This document shows positions 1-8,255 of a DNA stretch of 64,000 nucleotides, one piece after another. The DNA comes from an uncultured Bacteroidia bacterium. Its GTDB lineage: Bacteria > Bacteroidota > Bacteroidia > Bacteroidales > CAJPTX01. Below the pieces are notes generated by a model. It ran no database searches and had not been told where the DNA came from. It saw only the letters and a program-made list of their open reading frames with translations. Every line of letters starts with the position of its first letter. The first letter of the stretch is position 1. Location of the stretch: contig CAMXWF010000003.1 in NCBI GenBank assembly GCA_947252645.1, positions 65,974 through 129,973 of the forward strand, read 5' to 3'. Made by a program: the position numbers and the translations under genes.

Positions 1-1008
1 CTCCTAGTGCTGGTGAAAGCCTTTGCCTACGGCAACGGATGCGAGGAGCTGGGGCAGTTCCTACAATACCACCATGTAGACTATCTCGGCGTAGCCTTTG
101 CCGACGAGGGGGTGCGCCTAAGGCACGCAGGCGTACACCTGCCCATCTTGGTGCTCGACCCCGCCCCCGATGCCTTCCCCACCCTCCTACAGCACCAGCT
201 CGAGCCCGAAATAGCCACCCTATCCATGCTACGCGGCTACGCAGCAGCAGCTCAAGCCCAGGCCACTGGACGCGTGCCTATCCACATCAAGCTCGACACG
301 GGCATGCACCGGGTGGGCTTCCAGAGGGACGAGCTCAACGACCTACTCACTGCGCTTAAGCAGCTGCCCCAGATAGAGGTGCGCGGCATTATGACGCACC
401 TGGCGGCCGCCGACGAGCGCACCGAAGATGCCTTCACCCACCAGCAGCTGGTCCTATTTGCCCAGATGGCCCAGCGGATCGACGAGGCCCTGGGCTACCA
501 TCCCCTCTGGCACGCGCTCAACTCGGCCGGGATTGAGCGCTTCCCCGAGGCCATGTACGACATGGTGCGCCTGGGAATCGGCCTACACGGACTATCCGCA
601 GTGGGTGCCCCAACTTTGCAGCCAGTGGCCTCCCTGGTGACCTACGTGATGCAGGTCAAGCACCTCCACCCCGGCGACACGGTGGGCTACGGAAGAAAGG
701 GTAAGGTCCTCCACGATATGACCATCGCCACCATACCCATAGGCTACGCCGACGGCTTCTTGCGCCGACTGGGCAATGGCGTAGGCAAGGTGGGGATTCG
801 GGGCCATCTGGCGCCCGTGTTCGGCAATGTCTGCATGGACACCTGCATGGTCAACGTAACGGGCCTCGGCGTCCAAGAGGGCGATGCCGTAACCATCTTC
901 GGCACCAGCCCCACGCTCGAGGAGGTCGCCAGATACCATGGCACCATCCCCTACGAAGTCCTCAGCACCATCTCCCCCCGCGTGGCGAGGATCTACTACG
1001 AGGACTAA
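1..1008 (+). CDS. alr: alanine racemase, C-terminal ~335 aa (5' end outside window)
   Basis: Frame is open from base 1; the ORF-track start at 7 is an internal GTG. Translation carries alanine-racemase-like blocks (HIKLDTGMHRVGF, FGNVCMDTCMVNV, IPYEVLSTISPRV). Confidence 0.9.
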   Translation, partial: LLVLVKAFAYGNGCEELGQFLQYHHVDYLGVAFADEGVRLRHAGVHLPILVLDPAPDAFPTLLQHQLEPEIATLSMLRGYAAAAQAQATGRVPIHIKLDTGMHRVGFQRDELNDLLTALKQLPQIEVRGIMTHLAAADERTEDAFTHQQLVLFAQMAQRIDEALGYHPLWHALNSAGIERFPEAMYDMVRLGIGLHGLSAVGAPTLQPVASLVTYVMQVKHLHPGDTVGYGRKGKVLHDMTIATIPIGYADGFLRRLGNGVGKVGIRGHLAPVFGNVCMDTCMVNVTGLGVQEGDAVTIFGTSPTLEEVARYHGTIPYEVLSTISPRVARIYYED

Positions 1009-1051
1009 CGTCCACCACGGTGCCCCCACAACACGAGGCGCAAGACCCCCT

Positions 1052-1085
1052 GGTGGCATCCTATCGCCCGCAACAGGATGCCACC
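1052..1085. other. 11-bp perfect inverted repeat (GGTGGCATCCT / AGGATGCCACC, 12-nt loop) just after alr
   Basis: Read directly. It lies between convergent alr and luxS and has no clear U-tract, so terminator function is only a possibility. Confidence 0.35.
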
Positions 1086-1202
1086 ACAGGTGCCCTCGCC
1101 TGGGCCAGCAGGTGGAGCGTGGTCTCAACGCAGCTCCCCACAGGCATCGCCGCCAGCTGTGGGCGAAATCATGGAATCAACTCCGCACCATGTTCGCTAC
1201 GG

Positions 1203-1259
1203 CTCCGCTAAAATATCGAAAAAGAGCGGCGTTGGTACGGCCATGGTACGGCGTTGATG
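1203..1259. repeat. dispersed repeat copy A: CTCCGCTAAAA + AT-rich spacer + three phased 11-mers (CGGCGTTGGTA CGGCCATGGTA CGGCGTTGATG)
   Basis: Shares an exact 11-mer (CTCCGCTAAAA) and an exact 16-mer (GCGGCGTTGGTACGGC) with 32016-32054. Confidence 0.7.
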
Positions 1260-1393
1260 TGGTGCAAGATTCCAGAAAATGGGGGGCATTGAGGGGCTTG
1301 GGCCACTGCGCAACAGCAGGGGAAGACATCTCCAGCTAGAGGTAGCGCAGGCGGCTGGGGACGCACAACGGGAGGGCCACTCAAGCCACGGGG

Positions 1394-1873
1394 CTACTGG
1401 GGGTACTGCATGCGGTCGGGGGCGATGTGATCAAGCACCTCGTTGAGGAACTTGGTGGCCTCGGCCCGCGCGCCGTTGAGGTCGTGCAGGTGGGCGTTAC
1501 CGCAGTCGCGCGTGGTGGCCCCTGGCACGGGGCCCTGGAAGGTGGCGATGAATCTGAAGGTGGCTCGCAGGAGGTCAAGTATGTCGCTAGGCTCTAGGTC
1601 GCCCTCCAGCAAGAGATAGCAGCCCGTCAAACACCCCATGGGCCCCCAGTAGATGATGCGGTTTTTCCACTGCGGGTCGTTGCGTAGATAGGTGGCGGCC
1701 AGATGCTCTATGGAGTGCATGGCAGCCTGATCCATGACGGGCTCGCGGTTGGGCGCCTTCATGCGGATGTCGAAAGTGGTAATGGTGGCGCTGCCTACCT
1801 GGTCCTTGCGGGAAACGTAGACTCCACGCTTGAGGAGCAGATGGTTGATTTGGAAGCTGGGTATTTTCTCCAT
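1394..1873 (-). CDS. luxS: S-ribosylhomocysteine lyase (AI-2 synthase)
   Basis: ATG at 1873 gives 159 aa starting MEKIPSFQINH. It has the HSIEHLAATYLR (HxxEH metal site) and GCLTGCY motifs. The longer ORF-track start (2053) would overlap pfs. Confidence 0.9.
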   Translation of the reverse strand: MEKIPSFQINHLLLKRGVYVSRKDQVGSATITTFDIRMKAPNREPVMDQAAMHSIEHLAATYLRNDPQWKNRIIYWGPMGCLTGCYLLLEGDLEPSDILDLLRATFRFIATFQGPVPGATTRDCGNAHLHDLNGARAEATKFLNEVLDHIAPDRMQYPQ

Positions 1874-1892
1874 GGCCAAAAGCTTGGGGGTA

Positions 1893-2600
1893 CTATTGAG
1901 GCTGCGAAAGATCGAGCTGGTCAGGCAATGCTTTGACGGCAGCCATGAGGGCATCAAAGCTTGAGGCGGCCTGCTCTTTCCAGAAGAGGTCGTATTGCCC
2001 CTGGTGGTTGTCGGGCGTAATGGGCGTATCGCTAATAGCGCGCAGGGCCGCAAAGGGCGTGGCAGTAATCCAAGCCGCTTGGGCTACGGCAGCACTCTCC
2101 ATATCCACGGCGAGGGCCTCGGGGAAATGGGCTATGATGGCCTTCAGATGGTCTTCTTGGGGCACGAAGTACTCCCCGCAGGCTATCAGGCCTGGCTGGA
2201 CACACAGACTGTCCGCTAGGGCCTGCGAGAGCTTGACGTGGCACGCAAAGATAGGCGGGCAGCCCTGTATTTGCCCATACTGGTTTGGTTCACCGCACCA
2301 CACGTCATGGTAGGCACAGGCCGAGGCCACGACGGGATCCGTGGGCTTCAGCTGGCGAGATAGGGCCCCAGAACAGCCAATGCTCAGCAAGCAGTCCACT
2401 GCGGCATGCTGCAAAAGGGCCGCCGCGCCGAGCGCCGCGTGCACCTTCCCTATGCCCGCCAGCACCATGGCCACCTGATGGATGCCCAAGGTGCCCCAGG
2501 CGTAGTAGAAGGGCCCGTACTCCCGCTGCTGGGGCCCTGCGAGCGATGCCAGCAGCAAGTCGAATTCCCTGGGCATGGCGGTGACGATACCGATCTTCAT
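1893..2600 (-). CDS. mtnN: 5'-methylthioadenosine/S-adenosylhomocysteine nucleosidase
   Basis: ATG at 2600 gives 235 aa starting MKIGIVTAMPREF, with an AVDMESAAVAQ block. The -7 promoter box lies inside the ORF-track 5' extension, so the start was trimmed. Confidence 0.88.
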   Translation of the reverse strand: MKIGIVTAMPREFDLLLASLAGPQQREYGPFYYAWGTLGIHQVAMVLAGIGKVHAALGAAALLQHAAVDCLLSIGCSGALSRQLKPTDPVVASACAYHDVWCGEPNQYGQIQGCPPIFACHVKLSQALADSLCVQPGLIACGEYFVPQEDHLKAIIAHFPEALAVDMESAAVAQAAWITATPFAALRAISDTPITPDNHQGQYDLFWKEQAASSFDALMAAVKALPDQLDLSQPQ

Positions 2601-2642
2601 GGTGCTGTCCTCTCTTGGCGATGGGGCCACGTTCAGAATAGG

Positions 2643-2650
2643 CAAAGGTA
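2643..2650 (-). promoter_or_regulatory. Bacteroidota -7 promoter box (TACCTTTG on minus strand) for pfs-luxS
   Basis: Matches the TAnnTTTG consensus, ~45 nt upstream of the pfs ATG. Confidence 0.6.
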
Positions 2651-2761
2651 CTCTTTTCGGCGTAGTCCTGCGGCCGCCTGGGGCGTGCGTTTCTGCGTAC
2701 GCAGGGAGGCGTAGCCCCAGAGCTTTTCCCCAGGGGGGTAGTCGCATTCAAGGGCTATGGG

Positions 2762-2804
2762 AACAGAAAGCCCCTTGGAGGCAACCAATGGGGCCTCCAA
2801 GGGG
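2762..2804 (-). terminator. intrinsic terminator after the CbiK-like gene
   Basis: 12-bp perfect stem (2771-2782 / 2793-2804), followed on the minus strand by CTTTCTGTTC. Confidence 0.7.
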
Positions 2805-2824
2805 CGTGTGGGGTAGTAGGTAGG

Positions 2825-3859
2825 CTATTCCTCCTTCTCGGGGTACATGGGGTCGGCCGCTAGAGCCTTCTCCATGTGGCTAATCCAGACGTTGACGATG
2901 GGCGGGTAGTCGGCCAAGCCCATGATGGTGCAGTCGTTGAGAGTGCAGGTAAAGCCTGAGGCACCCAAGACTTGGCGCCAGCTGCCCTCCTCGGGTTCTG
3001 TGGGGTTGGTCCCGCCCTTCATGTCGTTGTTGGCGTGGTCGCCCGCGATGGACATGAGCGGGTGGAGCATGACGTTGCCCGAGGTCTTGCCGGCCGCCTT
3101 GATGCGCTTAACCACGTCGTTCACGAGGTTGCCCTTCATGTCGACGGTGCCCACGAAGTAGTTCGGGTTGAGGGCCTGGAGCTTCTTTTCCATCATGGTG
3201 TAGCGGGAGTTGCCGTTTTGGTAGTCGTAGCCGTCGGGGTTGCCGTGGCCCATGAAGCAGACGACATTAGAGGTCACTTTGTCGCCATAGACCTTGTGGA
3301 GGGCGTCGGCTACGGTTTGGCAGTCGGACTCCTCCTCCAGTAGGGGCCCAGCAAGGTAGACGGTGACCTCGCCGAATTTCGGATGGTCGCCGCTATTGTG
3401 GAAATCTTTCACCTTGCCCTTGAGGCGCAGGTACTCCTCGCCGGGGATCACGTGGAGGGACTGGACGGCGATGTCTTTATAGCCAGCCAGCCCGAGAGCC
3501 TCTAGGTAGAATTCCGGGGCGTAGTAGTACTTATTGACCTTCTTGATGCAGCGGGTCATGCAGATCTCGGAGGTGAAGGAAAAATAGACATCGCGGTCTT
3601 TGAACTTATCCGCGAAGGCCTTCTTGATGTTGGCGAAGGTTTTCTGTGGGGCCTCCCAGGTGCTGCCGAAGGAGACGAGGAGGAGGGCCTTGTCGTGCTT
3701 TTTGACGTTTTTGACCTCGTCGGTAACGGCCTTCATTTTCTGGTCGTGGTTCGACAGGGCGATCTGCGCTGGATCGTTTTGATTCTTCTTACAAGCGGTG
3801 AGGTTGAAGGCTAGCAGCGCCACCAGAAGGAGTGGCAGAAGACACATCAAACGTTTCAT
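2825..3859 (-). CDS. exported CbiK-like (anaerobic cobaltochelatase fold) lipoprotein
   Basis: 344 aa with a signal peptide and lipobox (LLAFNLTAC). It shows CbiK-like blocks (LLVSFGSTW, FMGHGNPDG). It sits 24 nt downstream of the TonB-dependent receptor in the riboswitch-controlled operon. Confidence 0.7.
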   Translation of the reverse strand: MKRLMCLLPLLLVALLAFNLTACKKNQNDPAQIALSNHDQKMKAVTDEVKNVKKHDKALLLVSFGSTWEAPQKTFANIKKAFADKFKDRDVYFSFTSEICMTRCIKKVNKYYYAPEFYLEALGLAGYKDIAVQSLHVIPGEEYLRLKGKVKDFHNSGDHPKFGEVTVYLAGPLLEEESDCQTVADALHKVYGDKVTSNVVCFMGHGNPDGYDYQNGNSRYTMMEKKLQALNPNYFVGTVDMKGNLVNDVVKRIKAAGKTSGNVMLHPLMSIAGDHANNDMKGGTNPTEPEEGSWRQVLGASGFTCTLNDCTIMGLADYPPIVNVWISHMEKALAADPMYPEKEE

Positions 3860-3883
3860 AGCAATATGGATTAAATGGTTACA

Positions 3884-6067
3884 CTATTGTTCGCCGCCGG
3901 GGTTCTCGGCGGGGGCCGAGGAGGCGTGGCGGGTCATGGTGGCTGGTGCGGGGAGCTTTGCATCTTTGCCGAAGCGGATGGTGAGAGCGCCGTAGAAGGT
4001 GCGTCCTGGGGTGTAGGTGCCGTAGTGGAGGTGGTGGTAGGTGGTTTCGTAGTAGTTGAGTATGTTGTCAACGCCTAGGTCCAGGGAGAGGCCCCAGTGG
4101 TGTGGGAGGTTGAAGTCGTGCTGGGTATTGATGCGCCAGAGGTGGTAGGGTTTTCCGTTGCCGTCGTCTTGGTAGTAGCGGGTGCTCTGCGCGCGGCCGA
4201 AGAGGGCTAGGCTCAGGCGGTAGCGCTGGTGGAAGAAGCTGCGGAACCATTCGAGCCCCCAGGTGGCGCGGTGGTTGGCGGTGCCGTCGATGATGACCCT
4301 GCGCATGACTTGGTTGTCGTCGTCGAAGAGATGGGCTGTCGTTTGCAGGAAGCTGTAGCTTGCCCTCAGGGTGAGCTTATCGACGATGCGCAGGCGGAGG
4401 TTGCAGTCGAGGCCGTAGGTGCGGGCATCGTCCATATTCCTGTACTGCCTGACCTTGGTGGGGGCGTAGGTGACCACGAGGTCACCTGGGGCCTCGGCGA
4501 TGGGGATGGTGACCATGGTGATCATCTGGTCAAGGAAGTTGGCGTAGCCCGTGAGGTTGACCTCAAAGCGTGGGATGGCGTACTCGAGGCTCGCCGAGAC
4601 GTATCGGCTGGTTTGGGGGTTGAGGTCAGGCTTGCCCATGTTGAGGATGACGCTGGCCATCTGGCGGATGTAGCGGTAATGGAGTTCTTTGATCGTGGGC
4701 AGCTTGAAGCCCTCGGCGTAAGCTGCCCGGAGGGTAAAGTGCGCGATCTTCCAGCGGAGCGAGACTTTAGGCGTGAGCCGGGCCTTGAAGGCCTTGTTGG
4801 CCGTGACCCTGAGGCCGGCCGTGAGGTTGAAGTTTTTGGTGGGCGACCATTCGTCCTGGGCAAAGGCAGCCCCCACCACGTCGCCCTGCGGATTGGCATC
4901 GAGGCGCTGCGGGGCGATGAGCCAATCGTACTCGGCTTGTAGGCCCACGCTGAGCCGGTTGGCGTAGGGGAGCTCAACGATGCCCTTGACGATGCCCTCG
5001 GCCCGTTGGGCGTTACTTTCGAGGGAGACGTTGCCGGGCTGGTAGGGGAAGGAGATCTCTTTGCCTTTACCATCGCGATAGGTGGACCAGGTTTCGCCGG
5101 TGTAGACGTAATAGTAGGCGTGCATGCTGTAGCTGAAGTCGGCCAGCAGCTGATGTCCGCCGGGAAAGAGAACCTTTCCGCCCAGGGCCGCGGAGGCGTT
5201 TTGGTAGCGGAAGTCGTAGGTTTTGTAGTCGGGGACTCCGGTGGGCCTATGGATGTCCTTGCGGTAGTAGTCGCCTTGGGCGTAGAGGGCGTAGCTGGGC
5301 CTATTCCAGTAGAGGTGCTGGGCTATCTTCCAGTCGGTATACTCGTTGGAGGTCTTGTTGACGGAGTTGGTGATGGGGTGCTCGTAGCGGTTGGGATCTT
5401 CGCAGGTGGTGTTTTGCCAGCCATCGGAGTGTTTGAGCATGAAGGAGGTGAGGCTTCTGAAGGGACCTAGAGTCCATTGGAGCGAGTTGGACTGTAGGGC
5501 GGTCATATAGGAGCCGAGGCGGGTGGTATTGGTGATGGAGAAATCGTGGGGGTAGTTTTTGGTGATGATGTTGATGACGCCCGCGATGGCATCGCTGCCG
5601 TAGAGGGCCGAGGCGGCGCCCTTGACCACCTCGATATGGTCGATAGAGGCAGGGTCGATGAGGTCGAGGTCGGGCTGTCCGCTCACGTTGGCCGTGAGGC
5701 GCTTGCCGTTGACTAGGATGAGGATATAGCTACCGCCGAGGCCGCCCATCTGGAGAGCGGTGCCCATGTCGCTACGACTGAAGTCGAAGGAGGGGATAAG
5801 CCCAGAGAGGATGCTGGTGAGTGGGGCACTGCCGTAGCGCTCGATGACCTCGCGGTGGATGACCTCCGTTTGCACGGGGGCATTCTTGAGCTGATGGGCC
5901 GTGCCGGTGCCCGTGATGACTACTGGGTCGATGTTGAGCTGCGCATCCACCGAATCGGCCGGCGTAGCTTGCCCCAGCACTACCCGCGGCACTGCCCAAA
6001 GCAAGGCCGCAATTAGGGGCGCAAGCCCCTGGCGCCATACGTGCGCCGCACAAATTTTCTCCATCAC
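3884..6067 (-). CDS. TonB-dependent outer-membrane receptor (BtuB-like, corrinoid candidate)
   Basis: 727 aa with a signal peptide, plug region (DPVVITGTG...NAPVQTEVI...GGSYILILVNGKR) and a long Tyr/Gly-rich beta-barrel. A cobalamin riboswitch sits directly upstream. Confidence 0.88.
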   Translation of the reverse strand: MMEKICAAHVWRQGLAPLIAALLWAVPRVVLGQATPADSVDAQLNIDPVVITGTGTAHQLKNAPVQTEVIHREVIERYGSAPLTSILSGLIPSFDFSRSDMGTALQMGGLGGSYILILVNGKRLTANVSGQPDLDLIDPASIDHIEVVKGAASALYGSDAIAGVINIITKNYPHDFSITNTTRLGSYMTALQSNSLQWTLGPFRSLTSFMLKHSDGWQNTTCEDPNRYEHPITNSVNKTSNEYTDWKIAQHLYWNRPSYALYAQGDYYRKDIHRPTGVPDYKTYDFRYQNASAALGGKVLFPGGHQLLADFSYSMHAYYYVYTGETWSTYRDGKGKEISFPYQPGNVSLESNAQRAEGIVKGIVELPYANRLSVGLQAEYDWLIAPQRLDANPQGDVVGAAFAQDEWSPTKNFNLTAGLRVTANKAFKARLTPKVSLRWKIAHFTLRAAYAEGFKLPTIKELHYRYIRQMASVILNMGKPDLNPQTSRYVSASLEYAIPRFEVNLTGYANFLDQMITMVTIPIAEAPGDLVVTYAPTKVRQYRNMDDARTYGLDCNLRLRIVDKLTLRASYSFLQTTAHLFDDDNQVMRRVIIDGTANHRATWGLEWFRSFFHQRYRLSLALFGRAQSTRYYQDDGNGKPYHLWRINTQHDFNLPHHWGLSLDLGVDNILNYYETTYHHLHYGTYTPGRTFYGALTIRFGKDAKLPAPATMTRHASSAPAENPGGEQ

Positions 6068-6089
6068 GACTACAATCTTGACCTGAGAT

Positions 6090-6300
6090 TGGCCACGACT
6101 CCTCTGCTGGATGGGGCAGGTCTTCTGGCTCTCTCCGTCCCTAGGCTGGCCTTCCCACCCCTATGGCCCAAAGGCCGTAGCGCGGGGCAGTGGCATCGGT
6201 TAGCCCAGGGGGTACTAGTGTAGCTCGGAGATTACAGCTGCAGGCACAGCGCTGGCATCGCACCAGCTTCCCTTGCTCTCGGCACGCCTCCCGGCGCACG
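6090..6300 (-). promoter_or_regulatory. cobalamin (B12) riboswitch
   Basis: The minus strand reads AAGGGAAGCTGGTGCGATGCCAGCGCTGTGCCTGCAGCTGTAA ... GCCACTG ... GGGAAGGCC ... AGCCAGAAGACCTGCC (B12 box, 6115-6132). It lies between the -7 box and the receptor ATG. Confidence 0.88.
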
Positions 6301-6320
6301 TCGATACCCTCATCCGGGCG

Positions 6321-6328
6321 CAAAGGTA
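6321..6328 (-). promoter_or_regulatory. -7 promoter box (TACCTTTG) for the riboswitch/receptor operon
   Basis: TAnnTTTG consensus immediately upstream of the riboswitch. Confidence 0.65.
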
Positions 6329-6356
6329 GAAAGAATATTCCACTACGGGCCAAGGC

Positions 6357-7328
6357 CTAGCGCAACGAGCAGGCCAAGAGGGTTGCCTCGGGCTCTAGGA
6401 GAACGTAGGGGGGCTGGGGAGTTGTTGGTGGCACGAAGAGGGCCCAACCGGGGGAGAGGTGCCAAGGGGCCTTTCCAGGGAAGCGCAACTGGGTCCGTCC
6501 TTGCGCTGCGTAGAGTACCCAGGGCATATCGGCCGAGGGCAGTGGGCAGCTCGTGGGGCTTGCGGGCGCCTGTAGCCGATAGGTGACGAAGTGGGGATTA
6601 TGGCTCAGGAGCGTCCAGTTTCCTGGGACTTGGGCTGCAGGCAGCGGATGGGCATAGGGCTTGAGGTCGACGCACTGGAGGCCATCGTGGAGGTGGAGCT
6701 GGCGGGGTTTTCCCTGCGCGTCGACACGCCCCCAGTCGTAGAGGCGGAAGGTGGTGTCGCTCTGCTGCTGCACTTCGAGGACCACGAGGCCGGGGCCTAG
6801 GGAGTGGATGGTGCCTGGGGGTAGCTCGAAGTAGTCGTGGGGGGCTGGCTCGTAGTGGTTGAGCAGGGTTTGGAGGGTGTGGTCGTGGATGGCCTGCTCT
6901 ATTTGGCTACGGGTAGCCTCATGGGTCAGGCCGACCAGCATGCGTCCGCCAGGGTTTGCGCATAGCACGTACCACATCTCGTGCTTTGGCTGCCCGTGGC
7001 CCAGGGCGGCACATTGGGCTGCGGAGGGGTGTACTTGGACTGATAGGGGAGCTGCGGCATCGAGGAGCTTGACTAGGAGTGGGTAACCGCCCGCGAAGGT
7101 GTGGGCGGCCTTTTCCCCAAGCCAATCTTGGGGGGCCTTGGCGAAGAGCGCGGTGAGCGGCTGCCCGGCATAGGGGCCTTCGGCCACGGTGGACACGTAG
7201 CCGGGGTAGAGGCTAAAGAGCCACACCTCGCCAATGGGACCATTGGGGCCTGGTTTGGCCAGATAAGTGCCGCCCCACGGGCGTGACACGGGGATGGGGG
7301 CCACGATGAGCGGCTCAGGGCGTATCAT
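6357..7328 (-). CDS. manA: class I mannose-6-phosphate isomerase
   Basis: 323 aa with PWGG, LSVQVHP, KHEMWYV and SDTTFRLYDWGR motifs. Confidence 0.85.
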   Translation of the reverse strand: MIRPEPLIVAPIPVSRPWGGTYLAKPGPNGPIGEVWLFSLYPGYVSTVAEGPYAGQPLTALFAKAPQDWLGEKAAHTFAGGYPLLVKLLDAAAPLSVQVHPSAAQCAALGHGQPKHEMWYVLCANPGGRMLVGLTHEATRSQIEQAIHDHTLQTLLNHYEPAPHDYFELPPGTIHSLGPGLVVLEVQQQSDTTFRLYDWGRVDAQGKPRQLHLHDGLQCVDLKPYAHPLPAAQVPGNWTLLSHNPHFVTYRLQAPASPTSCPLPSADMPWVLYAAQGRTQLRFPGKAPWHLSPGWALFVPPTTPQPPYVLLEPEATLLACSLR

Positions 7329-8253
7329 GCGTGCTGGAAGTGAGGAGTGAGGTATACAACGTGCTCACTTTTCGTGCGACGTTTTCCATGAGCCACCGTG
7401 GCGTGGAAGTGGCACCACAAATGCCCACGGAGTGTACGTGTTGCAGCCACTCGGGCTTCACATCGTTGTCATGGGAGACGAGGTATGCTCTTGGGTTTGC
7501 TCGCTGGCAGGTAGCGAAGAGCATGTGGCCATTGGAGCTTTTCTGTCCGCTCACGAAGAGGATGAGGTCGTGGGCTTCGGCAAATTGGGCGATCTGCCGG
7601 CGACGGTGGCTCACCTGGCCGCAGCAGGTGTTGTGGACTTGCAGGGGTATGTCGGGGCCTTGGTAGGCCTCTTGCATTTTGGAGCGGATGGCCTCGGCGA
7701 TGTGCTGGTACTGGGTGGGATCCATGGTGGTTTGGGAGAAGCAATCGGTTGGTCGGTTGAATTGGAGGGGTAGGAGGTCCTGTGTGGTTAGGACAACGTG
7801 GCGCTCACAGTCAGTTTGCCCCAAGAGCCCATTGACCTCTGCGTGGTCGGGTTTGCCGTAGATGATGATTTGCCCCCCGTTGGCCTTGAGTGCCTGCCCC
7901 CTGCTGGCCACCAAGCGCTGGAGTCGCACGACCACGGGACAGGTGGCATCGACGATGGTGAGTGCTTGTTTTTTTGCTTGTTGGTAGATGGTTGGCGGTT
8001 CCCCATGGGCCCTAAAGAGGACGCGTTGGTGCGGGGCGCAGGTCTGGAGATCGGGGTAATGGATGGTTTTCAGGCCGAGGTTGGTAAGTCGGCGCACCTC
8101 TTCCTCGTTGTGGACGATGTCGCCTAGGCAGAGCAGGGGGGCCTGTAGCTCGAGTTCTTGCTCAGCCATCTCGATGGCCCGCACCACGCCGAAGCAGAAG
8201 CCGGAGTGCTGGTCGATGGTAATGCGGAGGTCGGTAGCCTGTGGGGCGGCCAT
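7315..8253 (-). CDS. ispH: 4-hydroxy-3-methylbut-2-enyl diphosphate reductase
   Basis: 312 aa with SGFCFGVVRAI, IVHNEEEV and ATCPVV blocks. It overlaps manA by 14 nt. Confidence 0.9.
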   Translation of the reverse strand: MAAPQATDLRITIDQHSGFCFGVVRAIEMAEQELELQAPLLCLGDIVHNEEEVRRLTNLGLKTIHYPDLQTCAPHQRVLFRAHGEPPTIYQQAKKQALTIVDATCPVVVRLQRLVASRGQALKANGGQIIIYGKPDHAEVNGLLGQTDCERHVVLTTQDLLPLQFNRPTDCFSQTTMDPTQYQHIAEAIRSKMQEAYQGPDIPLQVHNTCCGQVSHRRRQIAQFAEAHDLILFVSGQKSSNGHMLFATCQRANPRAYLVSHDNDVKPEWLQHVHSVGICGATSTPRWLMENVARKVSTLYTSLLTSSTHDTP

Positions 8254-8255
8254 GG

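Noticed and set aside
3884-3990. ~35-aa tail after the expected terminal beta-strand (...LTIRF) of the TonB-dependent receptor.
   Set aside because: It may simply reflect my imperfect placement of the last barrel strand. There is no independent evidence for a functional extension.
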